A stretch of 46,466 bases of DNA from the NCBI RefSeq assembly GCF_001194135.2, contig NC_068997.1, positions 14,697,716 through 14,744,181 on the forward strand. Reading direction: 5' to 3'. The DNA comes from Octopus bimaculoides (lineage: Eukaryota). This document shows positions 46,393 through 46,466 of the stretch, one piece after another (the first letter of the stretch is position 1; each line of letters opens with the position of its first letter). The notes under the pieces were generated by a model. It was not told the DNA's origin. It saw only the letters and a program-made list of their open reading frames with translations, and ran no database searches. Made by a program: the position numbers and the translations under genes.

Positions 46393-46445
<53 letters not shown>
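46260..46445. repeat. (GATA)n microsatellite
   Basis: Direct reading. Confidence 0.97.
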
Positions 46446-46466
46446 CATTTCTTTTATTAGCCACAC

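Overview
AT-rich eukaryotic DNA saturated with microsatellites and interspersed repeats, with about ten large N gaps (for example 6212-6418, 14082-14521, 29366-30109, 32776-33671). The SINE types and the TA/TAGA/TATG microsatellite load point to an octopus genome, probably a short-read assembly (inference). I found no intact, recognisable host gene. Most listed ORFs are artefacts of microsatellites and N runs. Manual translation through stops and frameshifts reveals several transposon fossils: a near-complete pogo transposase (2960-4047, -), a mariner C-terminus (8470-8940, -), a 5'-truncated R4/Dong-clade LINE inside a split (TAA)n tract (34503-35961, -), three short fragments of a second RLE-type LINE family (+), a CRE-like RLE fragment (44010-44225, +) and a Penelope-like RT fragment (40990-41400, -). 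Four tRNA-SINE-like families occur in many copies. The most notable signal is a set of type I minimal hammerhead ribozyme (HHR) motifs of the Penelope-associated kind. One is almost intact (40403-40499) and three are degenerate and unrelated in stem sequence (28324-28421, 28736-28835, 5941-6030). A few short splice-site-bounded segments on the + strand may be exons of a large-intron transcript, but this is unproven. Element boundaries are approximate unless exact motifs are quoted.
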